From an uncultured Acidobacteriota bacterium (GTDB lineage: Bacteria; Acidobacteriota; Thermoanaerobaculia; Thermoanaerobaculales; Thermoanaerobaculaceae): DNA of 64,000 nucleotides. Position 1 is the stretch's first letter. The number at the start of each line of letters is the position of its first letter. Positions 45,828 to 54,260 of the stretch are shown here, piece after piece. The stretch is from the NCBI GenBank assembly GCA_963747245.1, contig CAVVEO010000004.1:17876-81875 (forward strand), given 5' to 3'. Both the position numbers and the translations under genes were made by a program. The notes under the pieces were generated by a model. That model was not told where the DNA came from. It saw nothing but the letters and a program-made list of their open reading frames with translations, and did no database searches.

Positions 45828-47768
45828 ATGTCGGATCAAGAGAACACCAACGTCGAGTCCGCCCGGGCCCCGGTCAGCCAACGCGGCCACCTCGTGAGGG
45901 TGCCGGACGACGCTCAGACGATCGGCGCGACGGTTCAGATCACGATCGACGGCCAGGAGGTGACGGTGCCGATCGGGACCACGATCCTGGAGGCCGCCAA
46001 GCGGATCGGGGTCAAGATCCCGACGCTGTGCCACCACGAGGACCTCTGCGTCGCCGGGGTGTGCCGGATCTGCGTGGTGGAGGTCGAGGGCCAGCGGACG
46101 CTGCAGGCCTCCTGCGCCTACCCGATCACGGCGCCGATCGCCATTCACACCCACACGCGCAAGGTGCGGCAGTCGCGCCGGCGCATTCTCGACCTGCTGC
46201 TCTCCAAGCACTACGGCGAGTGCTACGCGTGCTTCCGCAACGGCAACTGCGAGCTGCAAGCCCTCGCCGCCGATTGCGGCGTGGACTTCTTCCGCTTCGG
46301 CCACCCCACCGCCCCGATGCACGAGCTCGACAACTCCTCGTACTCGGTGCTGCGCGACATGAACAAGTGCATCCTGTGCCGCCGCTGCGTGCGCACGTGT
46401 ATCGACCTGCAAGAGGTCGGCGTGCTGGAGACCGTCCACCGCGGCGACAAGACCAGGGTCTCGACGTTCATGGACAAGCCGCTCGCCGAGGTCATCTGCA
46501 TCAACTGCGGCCAGTGCATCAACCGCTGCCCGACCGGTGCCCTGGGGGCCGCCGACCCCACCGACGACGTCTGGCGCGACATCAACGATCCCAGCAAGCA
46601 CGTCGTGATCCAGACCGCGCCGGCGCCGCGCGCCGCCATCGGCGAGTGCTTCGGCCTGCCCCCGGGCACCCCGCTCACGTTCGAAATGAACTCGGCGCTG
46701 CGGGCGATCGGCTTCGACCGGGTGTTCGACACGAACTTCACCGCCGACCTCACGATCATCGAGGAGGGGACGGAACTCATCCTCCGCCTCTACCGCGCGC
46801 TCGTCGAAAAGCAGCCGGTCGCGCTGCCGCAGTTCACGTCCTGCTCGCCGGGCTGGGTGAAGTACATCGAGCACTTCTACCCGGAGATGCTGCCGCACCT
46901 CTCATCCGCCAAGAGCCCGCAGCAGATGTTCGGGTCGGTGATCAAGACCTACTACGCCAAGCTCAACAACCTCGACCCGGCCGACATCGTCACCGTGGCG
47001 CTGATGCCGTGCTCGGCCAAGAAGTTCGAGTGCAACCGCCCGGAGATGGCCGCCTCCGGCCACAAGGACGTGGACTACGGCCTGGTCACCCGCGAGCTGG
47101 CGCAGATGTTCAAGGAAGCCGGCATCGAGCTGCCCAAGATGCCGAAGAGCGGCTTCGACGAGCCGTTCGGCACCGCCACCGGCTCCGGCGTGATCTTCGG
47201 CGCCACCGGCGGCGTGATGGAGGCGGCGCTGCGCACCGTCCTCGAGCTGGTGTCGGGGCTCAAGGTGGAGAACCTCTACGACCACGCCGACATCCTCCCG
47301 GTCCGCGGCTTCGACGGCATCAAGTACGCCGAAATCAGGATCCCGCAGCTCGGCCCGGTCCCCGAGATCCTGCGGATGAACCCCCACCTCCCGTTCGAGA
47401 GCTGGGAGTGGCTCGCGGGCGCGACCCTCAAGGTCGCCGTCTGTCACGGCACCGCCAACGCCAAGCGAGTCCTCGAAGACATCAAGGCGGGCGGGAAGCT
47501 CTCCGAGTGCCACTTCATCGAGTTCATGGCGTGCCCGGGTGGGTGCCTGGGCGGCGGCGGCATGCCGATCCCGACCAGCCCGGCGATCCGCGCGGCCCGC
47601 GCCCGCGCCATCTACGCCGAGGACGCCGCTTACGAGGTCCGCAAGTCGCACGAGAACCCGGCCGTCATCCGCCTCTACAACGAGTTCCTGACCGAGGGCC
47701 CGGCCGGCCACACCGCGCACCGGCTCCTGCACACCACCTACACCCCGCGCGGCAAGTACATCGCGTGA
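45828..47768 (+). CDS. hydA: [FeFe] hydrogenase catalytic subunit HydA (M3-type: 2Fe-2S, His-ligated 4Fe-4S, 2x[4Fe-4S], H-domain)
   Basis: 646 aa. F-cluster motifs (CHHEDLCVAGVCRIC, HYGECYACFRNGNC, CILCRRCVRTC, CINCGQCINRCP). H-cluster motifs L1 FTSCSPGW (Ser where the canonical TSCCPxW has Cys), L2 MPCSAKKFE, L3 EFMACPGGCLGGGG. Confidence 0.96.
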   Translation: MSDQENTNVESARAPVSQRGHLVRVPDDAQTIGATVQITIDGQEVTVPIGTTILEAAKRIGVKIPTLCHHEDLCVAGVCRICVVEVEGQRTLQASCAYPITAPIAIHTHTRKVRQSRRRILDLLLSKHYGECYACFRNGNCELQALAADCGVDFFRFGHPTAPMHELDNSSYSVLRDMNKCILCRRCVRTCIDLQEVGVLETVHRGDKTRVSTFMDKPLAEVICINCGQCINRCPTGALGAADPTDDVWRDINDPSKHVVIQTAPAPRAAIGECFGLPPGTPLTFEMNSALRAIGFDRVFDTNFTADLTIIEEGTELILRLYRALVEKQPVALPQFTSCSPGWVKYIEHFYPEMLPHLSSAKSPQQMFGSVIKTYYAKLNNLDPADIVTVALMPCSAKKFECNRPEMAASGHKDVDYGLVTRELAQMFKEAGIELPKMPKSGFDEPFGTATGSGVIFGATGGVMEAALRTVLELVSGLKVENLYDHADILPVRGFDGIKYAEIRIPQLGPVPEILRMNPHLPFESWEWLAGATLKVAVCHGTANAKRVLEDIKAGGKLSECHFIEFMACPGGCLGGGGMPIPTSPAIRAARARAIYAEDAAYEVRKSHENPAVIRLYNEFLTEGPAGHTAHRLLHTTYTPRGKYIA

Positions 47769-47943
47769 CCGGCGCAGACCCGCCCGGCCCCGCCGACCCG
47801 GTCGCTCGGCGTGACCTCTTGCCTGGAATCGGCTGCGGTCCGCCTCCACCGGCGAGACTGGCGCGGGAACGTCGCAACACGGGCTGCGATCGCGTTCGGC
47901 ATGTCCGTCAGCGCATCACGGTTGTCTGAGCTAGAGTGGTGTT

Positions 47944-48855
47944 GTGGGTCCTTTGAGCGCCCCGAATCTGCTGGCGGACCGGCCTTTGCCCGCGCGGATC
48001 ACCGTGGTGATCGCCACGATCGGGCGGCCGGACAAGCTCGCGCCATCTTTGGCCGCGTACGGTCGGCTTGACGCAGGCACGCCGCCTTTCGAGGTCATCG
48101 TCGTGCTCGACGGCGACGACCCGGCCTCGCGGGAGATCGCATCGCGTCCCTACCCTTTCCCGACCCGGGTCCTGTCGCAGCAACGCTCGGGGATCGGCCC
48201 CGCCAAGAACCTCGGTGCGCGCGCGGCCGCCGGGGACCTCGTCCTGTTCCTCAACGACGACGTGCGCCCCGACCGATCATGCCTGCGCGTGCATGCCGAG
48301 GTGCAGGAGCGTTGCGGTCCCAGCGTCGTCCTCGGCAAAGTGGACTGGGATCCCGAGCACGAGGTCACCCCGTACATGGCATGGCTCGCGCCGAAGGGGC
48401 ACCAGTTCAACTACGCACGCCTGAATCCGGACGCGCCGATCCCGTGGGACGCGTGCTGGGGCGCCCACCTGGCCGTCCCCAGGGCGTGGATGCTCGACGA
48501 GCCGTTCGACCCCGCATTGCCGTTTTCGGCGCTCGAAGACGGGGAATGGGCCTACCGCCAGGCCCGGCGCCGGCGTCCGCTCCGGTACGCTTCGGCGGCG
48601 CGGGCGTGGCACAACCATCGCTTCGACGGTCCGCGCGACTTCCGCTGGCGCCCGCGCGCCGCCGCGGCCACGGCCCGGTGGGTTTCCAGCCGCCACCCGA
48701 GCCTTGCCTTCAAGCTCATCGTCCGGCCCGTCCTCGCCGCGGCCGCCGCCTCGGTGCTCGCCGCATGGCCGGGACGCTGGCGGAGAACCACCCTCTGGGA
48801 CCTGGACTTCCGCTGGAGCTACGTGGCCGGCCTCTTCGTTCCCCCCAAGGGCTGA
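47944..48855 (+). CDS. Family 2 glycosyltransferase
   Basis: 303 aa with a GTG start: VVIATIGRP, VIVVLDGDD, NLGA..A.GDLVLFLNDD. Confidence 0.85.
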   Translation: MGPLSAPNLLADRPLPARITVVIATIGRPDKLAPSLAAYGRLDAGTPPFEVIVVLDGDDPASREIASRPYPFPTRVLSQQRSGIGPAKNLGARAAAGDLVLFLNDDVRPDRSCLRVHAEVQERCGPSVVLGKVDWDPEHEVTPYMAWLAPKGHQFNYARLNPDAPIPWDACWGAHLAVPRAWMLDEPFDPALPFSALEDGEWAYRQARRRRPLRYASAARAWHNHRFDGPRDFRWRPRAAAATARWVSSRHPSLAFKLIVRPVLAAAAASVLAAWPGRWRRTTLWDLDFRWSYVAGLFVPPKG

Positions 48856-48968
48856 GGCGTCACCGCCGGCGCGCCGGGCACGGCGCCCCCTCCCTCCAGC
48901 CGGCGCCGGGAGCGCCGCCTCGCGGGACGCGCTACATTGGCGCCGCGAGAAGCGGGGGTCAGCGAGAC

Positions 48969-50858
48969 ATGTGTGGGATCTGTGGCGTTGCTTTCTCCGA
49001 TCCACTGCGCGTCGCGGGCGAGGCGACGATCGAACGGATGCTGGCGCCCATTGCCCACCGGGGTCCCGACGGGCGCGGCAGTGCACGCCTCTCCGGCGCG
49101 GCCCTCGGGATCCGGCGCCTCGCCATCATCGACCTCGAGACCGGGGGCCAGCCGCTCGCCAACGAGGACGGCACGATCACGCTGGTGTGCAACGGCGAGA
49201 TCTACAACGCCCCGGAGCTCCGCGCGGCGCTGCTGGGAGCCGGGCATCGGTTCCGCTCGCGCTCCGACGTCGAGGTGATCATCCACCTCTACGAGGACGC
49301 AGGCGTGGAGTGCCTGGCGAGGCTGCGCGGGATGTTCTCGCTCGCGCTCTGGGACGGGCGCCGCCGGCGCCTCATGCTGGCCCGGGATCGTTTCGGGATC
49401 AAACCGCTGGTGTATGCCGCCAACTCTGACGCCGTCTGGTTCGCCTCCGAGGCGAAGGCGATCCTCGCCGCCGGCGTCGCCGGAGGCGAGGCCGACCCGG
49501 GGGCGATCGACGACCTCTTCAGATTCGGGTTCGTGGCCGGTCCGCACACGCTCTTCTCCAACATCAAGAAGCTGCCTCCCGCGCACTTCGCGCTCTACCA
49601 GGGCGGCACGCTCTCCCTCGGAAGGTACTGGGCCATGCCCGAGGATCGGGACCGTTCCCGTTGGGGAGCAGGCGAGTGGGCCGAGGCGGTGCGCGCAAAG
49701 CTCGAGGAAACGGTCCGCGTCCATCTCCGCAGCGACGTCCCGGTTGGCACGTGGCTCAGCCCGGGCGTGGACTCGAGCGCCGTCACCAGTCTCTCGATGC
49801 GAAGCCTCGGCCGGACCCTCCCGACCTTCACCCTGGGTTTCGAGGACCCGGACGTCGACGAGACGCGGCGTTTCCCCACGCTGGACGCCTATGCGGGCTA
49901 CGAGACGCCGAACCGGCGCACGTGGTGCACTTCGGATTCGTTGGCCCTTCTCCCCAGGGCCGTCTGGCACATGGAGGAGCCGACCGCCTGGGGCGTCGAG
50001 ATCCCGCGGATGCTGCTCGCCGAGGCTGCGGCCCGCGAGGTCAAGGTCGTGCTCACCGGGGAGGGTTCCGACGAGATCTTCGGGGGGTACGCCCACTTCC
50101 GCATGGAGCGATTCTCGCGCCTGGTCGCGATGCTCCCGCTTGGCGTGCGCCGCGCGTTCCTGGCTCCCCTGGTGCCCGCGCGCCGGCCGATGGTGTCGAG
50201 GTTGCTCCTCGCTCCGCGGGGCCTGACGGCCGAGCGGTACGCCCGGCTGGTCGGCCCGGTGCATGCCGACGAGCGCCGCCGCCTCATCTCGGCCGGCTTC
50301 CGGGAACGGATGGACGACGCGGCGGAGGCGGAGGCGTGGGTCGTGCCTCCGGAGTGGATTCGGTCGAAGCACTGGTTCGACCAGTTGCGCCGGTGCGATC
50401 TCGCCCTCCGCCTGCCCGACATGGTCAACCACTCCCTGGACCGGGGCGCCATGGCCCACGGCGTCGAGGCGCGGGTGCCGTTCCTCGACCACGAACTCGT
50501 AGAGCTCGTCGCCCGAATCCCCCCCCGCCTCACGGCTCAGGGCCCGATGGAGAAGTCCATCCTCCGGGAAGCCTTGCGCGGCGCGTTGCCGGAGGAGGTC
50601 CGCCGCCGCCGCAAGGCAGGCCTGGGCGTCCCGTTCGAGTCCTGGATGGCCGCCCCGCTCCCCGCGTTCGCCGAGGAGTTGCTCTCCGAGCGGCGGCTCC
50701 GCGACAAGGGGTACTTCGAGCCGCGAGTCGTCCGGCAACTCCTGCGCGAGCAGCGCGAGGGGCGCCGCCGGCTCGGCGCCGTCCTCATGGCGGTCCTCGG
50801 CGTGCAGCTCTGGGACGAGATCTTCCTCCGCGCCAGCCCGGCCGTTGCGCCTCCCTAG
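48969..50858 (+). CDS. asnB: Asparagine synthase (glutamine-hydrolysing) family amidotransferase
   Basis: ORF 48279.. trimmed to MCGICGV.. (Ntn nucleophile Cys2). 629 aa: NGEIYN, RDRFGIKPL, PP-loop-like LSPGVDSS. Confidence 0.92.
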   Translation: MCGICGVAFSDPLRVAGEATIERMLAPIAHRGPDGRGSARLSGAALGIRRLAIIDLETGGQPLANEDGTITLVCNGEIYNAPELRAALLGAGHRFRSRSDVEVIIHLYEDAGVECLARLRGMFSLALWDGRRRRLMLARDRFGIKPLVYAANSDAVWFASEAKAILAAGVAGGEADPGAIDDLFRFGFVAGPHTLFSNIKKLPPAHFALYQGGTLSLGRYWAMPEDRDRSRWGAGEWAEAVRAKLEETVRVHLRSDVPVGTWLSPGVDSSAVTSLSMRSLGRTLPTFTLGFEDPDVDETRRFPTLDAYAGYETPNRRTWCTSDSLALLPRAVWHMEEPTAWGVEIPRMLLAEAAAREVKVVLTGEGSDEIFGGYAHFRMERFSRLVAMLPLGVRRAFLAPLVPARRPMVSRLLLAPRGLTAERYARLVGPVHADERRRLISAGFRERMDDAAEAEAWVVPPEWIRSKHWFDQLRRCDLALRLPDMVNHSLDRGAMAHGVEARVPFLDHELVELVARIPPRLTAQGPMEKSILREALRGALPEEVRRRRKAGLGVPFESWMAAPLPAFAEELLSERRLRDKGYFEPRVVRQLLREQREGRRRLGAVLMAVLGVQLWDEIFLRASPAVAPP

Positions 50859-50919
50859 GGTGTGCTCATCGTCATGTGGTGCGCGCCGGCCGGTTCGGGA
50901 CGCGTCCACCGAGGGCGCG

Positions 50920-52734
50920 TCACAGATGGTCCTTTGCCCACAGGGCGAGGATCAGGAGTTGTTTGAGCCTGCTGCCTTCGGAAATGAGGTCGCCGCTGTA
51001 GCGGACCGGCTCGCCCGGAGGGGGGAGGATCTCGTCGAGGACCTCGGGGACGAACAGCGCCTTGAGCCCGTCACGCCAGGGCTCGGCCAGCCGGCGGACT
51101 GCCGCCCACCCCTCGTTGTTCAGGTCGAAGGTGCGGTAGTAGTAGCGACGCTCGAACTTCGGCCCGATCCTCGGGGCGAGCCAACGGGTCCGCACATACG
51201 AAGGGATCCGGTCCACGAACCGGCGGACGGGGCCCGCCAGCAGAGGGGTCGTCAGGTAGCCGTTGCGGTCGAGCGGCAGGCGCGCCAGAGCCGGGAACTG
51301 CCTGCACAGCAGCGCCTGTTCGGCCTTGCGGTCCGCCATGGTCACCAGCGGCAAGCCGGTGACCGTGGTGAAAAGCTCGCGATTCAGCGAAACCATCATC
51401 GGCCACGAGCCGAACGAAAGGTGCCAGGCGGCGCCGCCGGCGCTGAAGCGTCCCCGATGCAGGAGAAAGAAGTGCCAGAACCGCCGAAGCGGATCCTCCG
51501 CCAGAGAATCGCAGTCGGCACGCATCTCCTCGAGAATGTCCGGAACGAGGCTGCCGAAGACCTCGCGGCGGAGCAGGCGGGCCAGCAGCGCCGGCGAGAA
51601 TCCGCGGGCGTTGATCTTCAGCGCGAAGCCGTGGTCGAACGAAAGCCGACCCGGCTCGACGCCATAGTCGTAGGAGCCGCCGACCAGCCAATCCAGCGGA
51701 ATGCCGTTGGCGATCCGGGCCGGGAACGAGGTCAGGAACGCTCTGGTCCCCCAGTTGAAGATCACCTCTCCACCGTTCGCGAGGTGTTCCCACCGGCTGG
51801 TCAACGTCTCCGCGAAAACCGGGTAAAGCTCGAACGGCACCGAGGCGGTGCGGTGCTCGATTCCGAGCTCGCGCGTCACCCGCCGTGCGCACTTCATCTC
51901 GATGTCGCTGGGAACCCCGAGCGTCAGCGCCGTGAGTCGCGTGCCCTGACGGTGCAGGTAGCCGGCCACCAGGCGCGAATCCAGCCCGCCGGACAGGAGG
52001 ACCCCGCAGGGGTCCCCGGCCGGGGAGTGTCGCGCGGTCGCCATTCTGAACGCACCGTCGATCGTATCGAGTTGGTCCGAGAGAGACAGGTGCGTGCCGC
52101 CGCGTCGCTTCAGGCTTGCCGTCAGACCCGAGTCCGCGGACTCGGTGGGAACGCTCCCGCGCCTGAACGAGAGAAAGTGCGCCGGCTGCAACCTGCGGAC
52201 GTCCTTCCACAACGCCCGGCCGCGGAACAGGCCGTTCGTGAGCATGACGCCGACCAGCCCGGCCGGATCGAGGGAGCGGCGGAACGCGGGATGGTACTGG
52301 AACGGCTCTGGGCTCGAGGCCACCAGGAGGACCTCGCCGTCCGACCAGTGGTAGAGCGGGAAGATGCCGAGCAGGTCCGCGCCGGCGACGACCCCGCGCC
52401 GCGGGTCGAACACGATGGCCGCAAAGAAGCCGTCCCATGTCCGCCATCCGGATGGTCCGGCGTCCGGGTGCCAGAGCTCCCGCAGCTCTTTCGGGGCGAT
52501 CCGCTCGTCCGAATCCGGGGCGATGGCCTCTCCCCAGACTACGGCTCCGCCGCGGACGTCCGAAATGCTCCGGATGGGAGCGTTGGGCGCGGCCGCCCAA
52601 ACGGCGTCGAACTCTCCCGAGTGGCAGGACCCGGCGACCAGGCCGGGGAGGAGGTGGAGACGAGGAGAGACGGCTGCGATGAACCGCTCCCGTCTCGCCG
52701 GATCGGGGTCGACGACCGCCGCGAAGTTGGCCAG
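50920..52734 (-). CDS. Asparagine-synthase-like protein lacking the glutaminase Cys, apparent CTG start
   Basis: The ORF track gives 50920..52413 (GTG). The same frame stays open, with GC-rich third positions and protein-like sequence, for 139 more codons upstream. CTG at 52734-52732 is preceded by GAGAGGAGG plus a 5-nt spacer, and gives (M)ANFAAVVDPDP.., which aligns with the MCGIAG.. termini of class II amidotransferases. PP-loop LLSGGLDSR. Confidence 0.7.
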   Translation of the reverse strand: MANFAAVVDPDPARRERFIAAVSPRLHLLPGLVAGSCHSGEFDAVWAAAPNAPIRSISDVRGGAVVWGEAIAPDSDERIAPKELRELWHPDAGPSGWRTWDGFFAAIVFDPRRGVVAGADLLGIFPLYHWSDGEVLLVASSPEPFQYHPAFRRSLDPAGLVGVMLTNGLFRGRALWKDVRRLQPAHFLSFRRGSVPTESADSGLTASLKRRGGTHLSLSDQLDTIDGAFRMATARHSPAGDPCGVLLSGGLDSRLVAGYLHRQGTRLTALTLGVPSDIEMKCARRVTRELGIEHRTASVPFELYPVFAETLTSRWEHLANGGEVIFNWGTRAFLTSFPARIANGIPLDWLVGGSYDYGVEPGRLSFDHGFALKINARGFSPALLARLLRREVFGSLVPDILEEMRADCDSLAEDPLRRFWHFFLLHRGRFSAGGAAWHLSFGSWPMMVSLNRELFTTVTGLPLVTMADRKAEQALLCRQFPALARLPLDRNGYLTTPLLAGPVRRFVDRIPSYVRTRWLAPRIGPKFERRYYYRTFDLNNEGWAAVRRLAEPWRDGLKALFVPEVLDEILPPPGEPVRYSGDLISEGSRLKQLLILALWAKDHL

Positions 52735-52830
52735 TGCTGCCTCCTCTCTCAGTTCCCGCCGCTCATGGTAGACGGTACGGGGATCGTCCTCCGCGGACCT
52801 CTGTCGAATCGCCCCTATCCCTCGGGGCCC

Positions 52831-54075
52831 TCAGCGCGAACGCCGGCGCCGCAGCCACCGGCGGGCCCGGCGTGCGAGCCGGGTCAACCATGCCCCCGTG
52901 CTGCCGGTCGCACCGCTGGATGCCCGGTCAAGGACTCCCCGCATCGCCACGAACACGGGGTCCCGGCCGAAATCGGCCTGCAGGGCCCGTTCGTAGCAGC
53001 GCCGCCACTCTTCGACGACCACGGTCATCGGCAGCACCGTCGCGAGTACCGTGGCCGGGGTCAGCGGCGTCGCGAACGCCGAGAAGTCCGTGATGCCGCA
53101 GGCGCGCATGCAGAGCATCTGCCGCACGCACTTCTCGCACCGCCCGCAGTTCGTCGAGAGGTCGTCCCCCTCCCAGCAGACCCGCACGTTGCGCCAGACC
53201 GTCTCGTCGCCCGCCAGCCGCTCGGTCTTCTCGACCCGGGTCACCGCGAGATCGGGGACGACGCTGAAGGTCGCCGACGAGAGCAGCGGGTCCGACCACG
53301 GCGTCGAGCCGTCCTTCGACGCGATCCAGTGCGTGTTCTCGTACGCGCTCGACGCCGCGAGCAGCCCGATTTCGAACCGTCGCTCGAACAACGACAGGAC
53401 GGCGCCGATGCCCGCCGGGAACGTCGTCTCCCACAACGGAAGCAACTCCTTCAGGTTCGAGCGGACCGTCAGAAGCTCGGTCGAATAGCGGTCGGTGAGC
53501 GTCCGTGCGCGGGCGAGCGCCGCGCCGAACGCGCCGTCGTCGAGCGGGATGTCGAACCCGTGGACGAAGACGCACGCCCCGATGTCGAGCGAGTTCCGGC
53601 CCCGCCACCCCCCCTTGTGCGCCGCCAGCGACTCGATGCTGTCCAGGCCGCCCGAGAAGGCAAGGAGCGCGGCTCCCCGCCGCGCCTCGCCGCCCGCCAC
53701 CGCCCGGGCCGCGACCTCGTCGTCCACCTCCTCGTCGGCCCGGAGGCTGACCGCGCGGTACTCGGGCCACCATCGGCACACGACTTCCTGGTAACGCTCC
53801 AGGTTCGCGAGCAGGCGCGTGGAAACGCGCCCGTGAACGGTCAGCTCGCCTCCGGCTTCCATCGCCGACCAGATCGTGGCGCGCAGGAAGGCGTCGTGGA
53901 GGTCGTCGGGCCGGCCGCGAATGGCAAGCCAGTCGCGAGCTCGGACCGGCACGTCGAAGAAGAAGGCCCCGCCTCGCCGGGGCAGCCGGGGATGGCCGCG
54001 GATGACACCGTGGACCTTCAACCACTCCCCGAGAACCTCGGGTTGCAAGACGTCGACGTGCATCTCGATGCCCAT
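52831..54075 (-). CDS. PP-loop ATP-pyrophosphatase-like protein (QueC/ExsB-like core with ~130-aa N-terminal extension)
   Basis: 414 aa. SGGLDS PP-loop in LLAFSGGLDSIESL. C-terminal Cys cluster C.....NCGRCEKCVRQ, like the QueC zinc site. SD GGAG upstream. Confidence 0.65.
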   Translation of the reverse strand: MGIEMHVDVLQPEVLGEWLKVHGVIRGHPRLPRRGGAFFFDVPVRARDWLAIRGRPDDLHDAFLRATIWSAMEAGGELTVHGRVSTRLLANLERYQEVVCRWWPEYRAVSLRADEEVDDEVAARAVAGGEARRGAALLAFSGGLDSIESLAAHKGGWRGRNSLDIGACVFVHGFDIPLDDGAFGAALARARTLTDRYSTELLTVRSNLKELLPLWETTFPAGIGAVLSLFERRFEIGLLAASSAYENTHWIASKDGSTPWSDPLLSSATFSVVPDLAVTRVEKTERLAGDETVWRNVRVCWEGDDLSTNCGRCEKCVRQMLCMRACGITDFSAFATPLTPATVLATVLPMTVVVEEWRRCYERALQADFGRDPVFVAMRGVLDRASSGATGSTGAWLTRLARRARRWLRRRRSR

Positions 54076-54260
54076 TAGTCAACTCCGGCGATCGGCCGCG
54101 GTGCCGCCAGCACCGGAGGCTCGGAAACCAGAATACCGGACGCAGGCAGCGTGCGACACCGCCGGGCGCCGACAACGGCCGAGTGGTCCCGGATCCGTGC
54201 ATCCGGATCAGCGTTGCGCCGCCGTAGCGGCTCCCTTACCCCTCCGGTACACTCCGCCCC

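Noticed and set aside
52831-52833. The TGA separating the QueC-like ORF from the AsnB-like coding region lies in the same reading frame. I considered selenocysteine, programmed readthrough, or a nonsense-split fusion protein.
   Set aside because: The upstream protein ends in an Arg-rich tail typical of a real C-terminus. A strong SD plus CTG at 52734 gives an N-terminus that aligns with AsnB-family termini. I see no obvious SECIS-like hairpin right after the TGA. Sharing a frame is a 1-in-3 coincidence. A readthrough test would still settle it.
50920-54075. Lasso-peptide or other RiPP cluster hypothesis for the Cys-less AsnB homologue.
   Set aside because: No transglutaminase-like leader peptidase (B), no PqqD-like RRE, no plausible short precursor ORF and no ABC exporter lies nearby. 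The neighbours are sugar-modifying enzymes instead.
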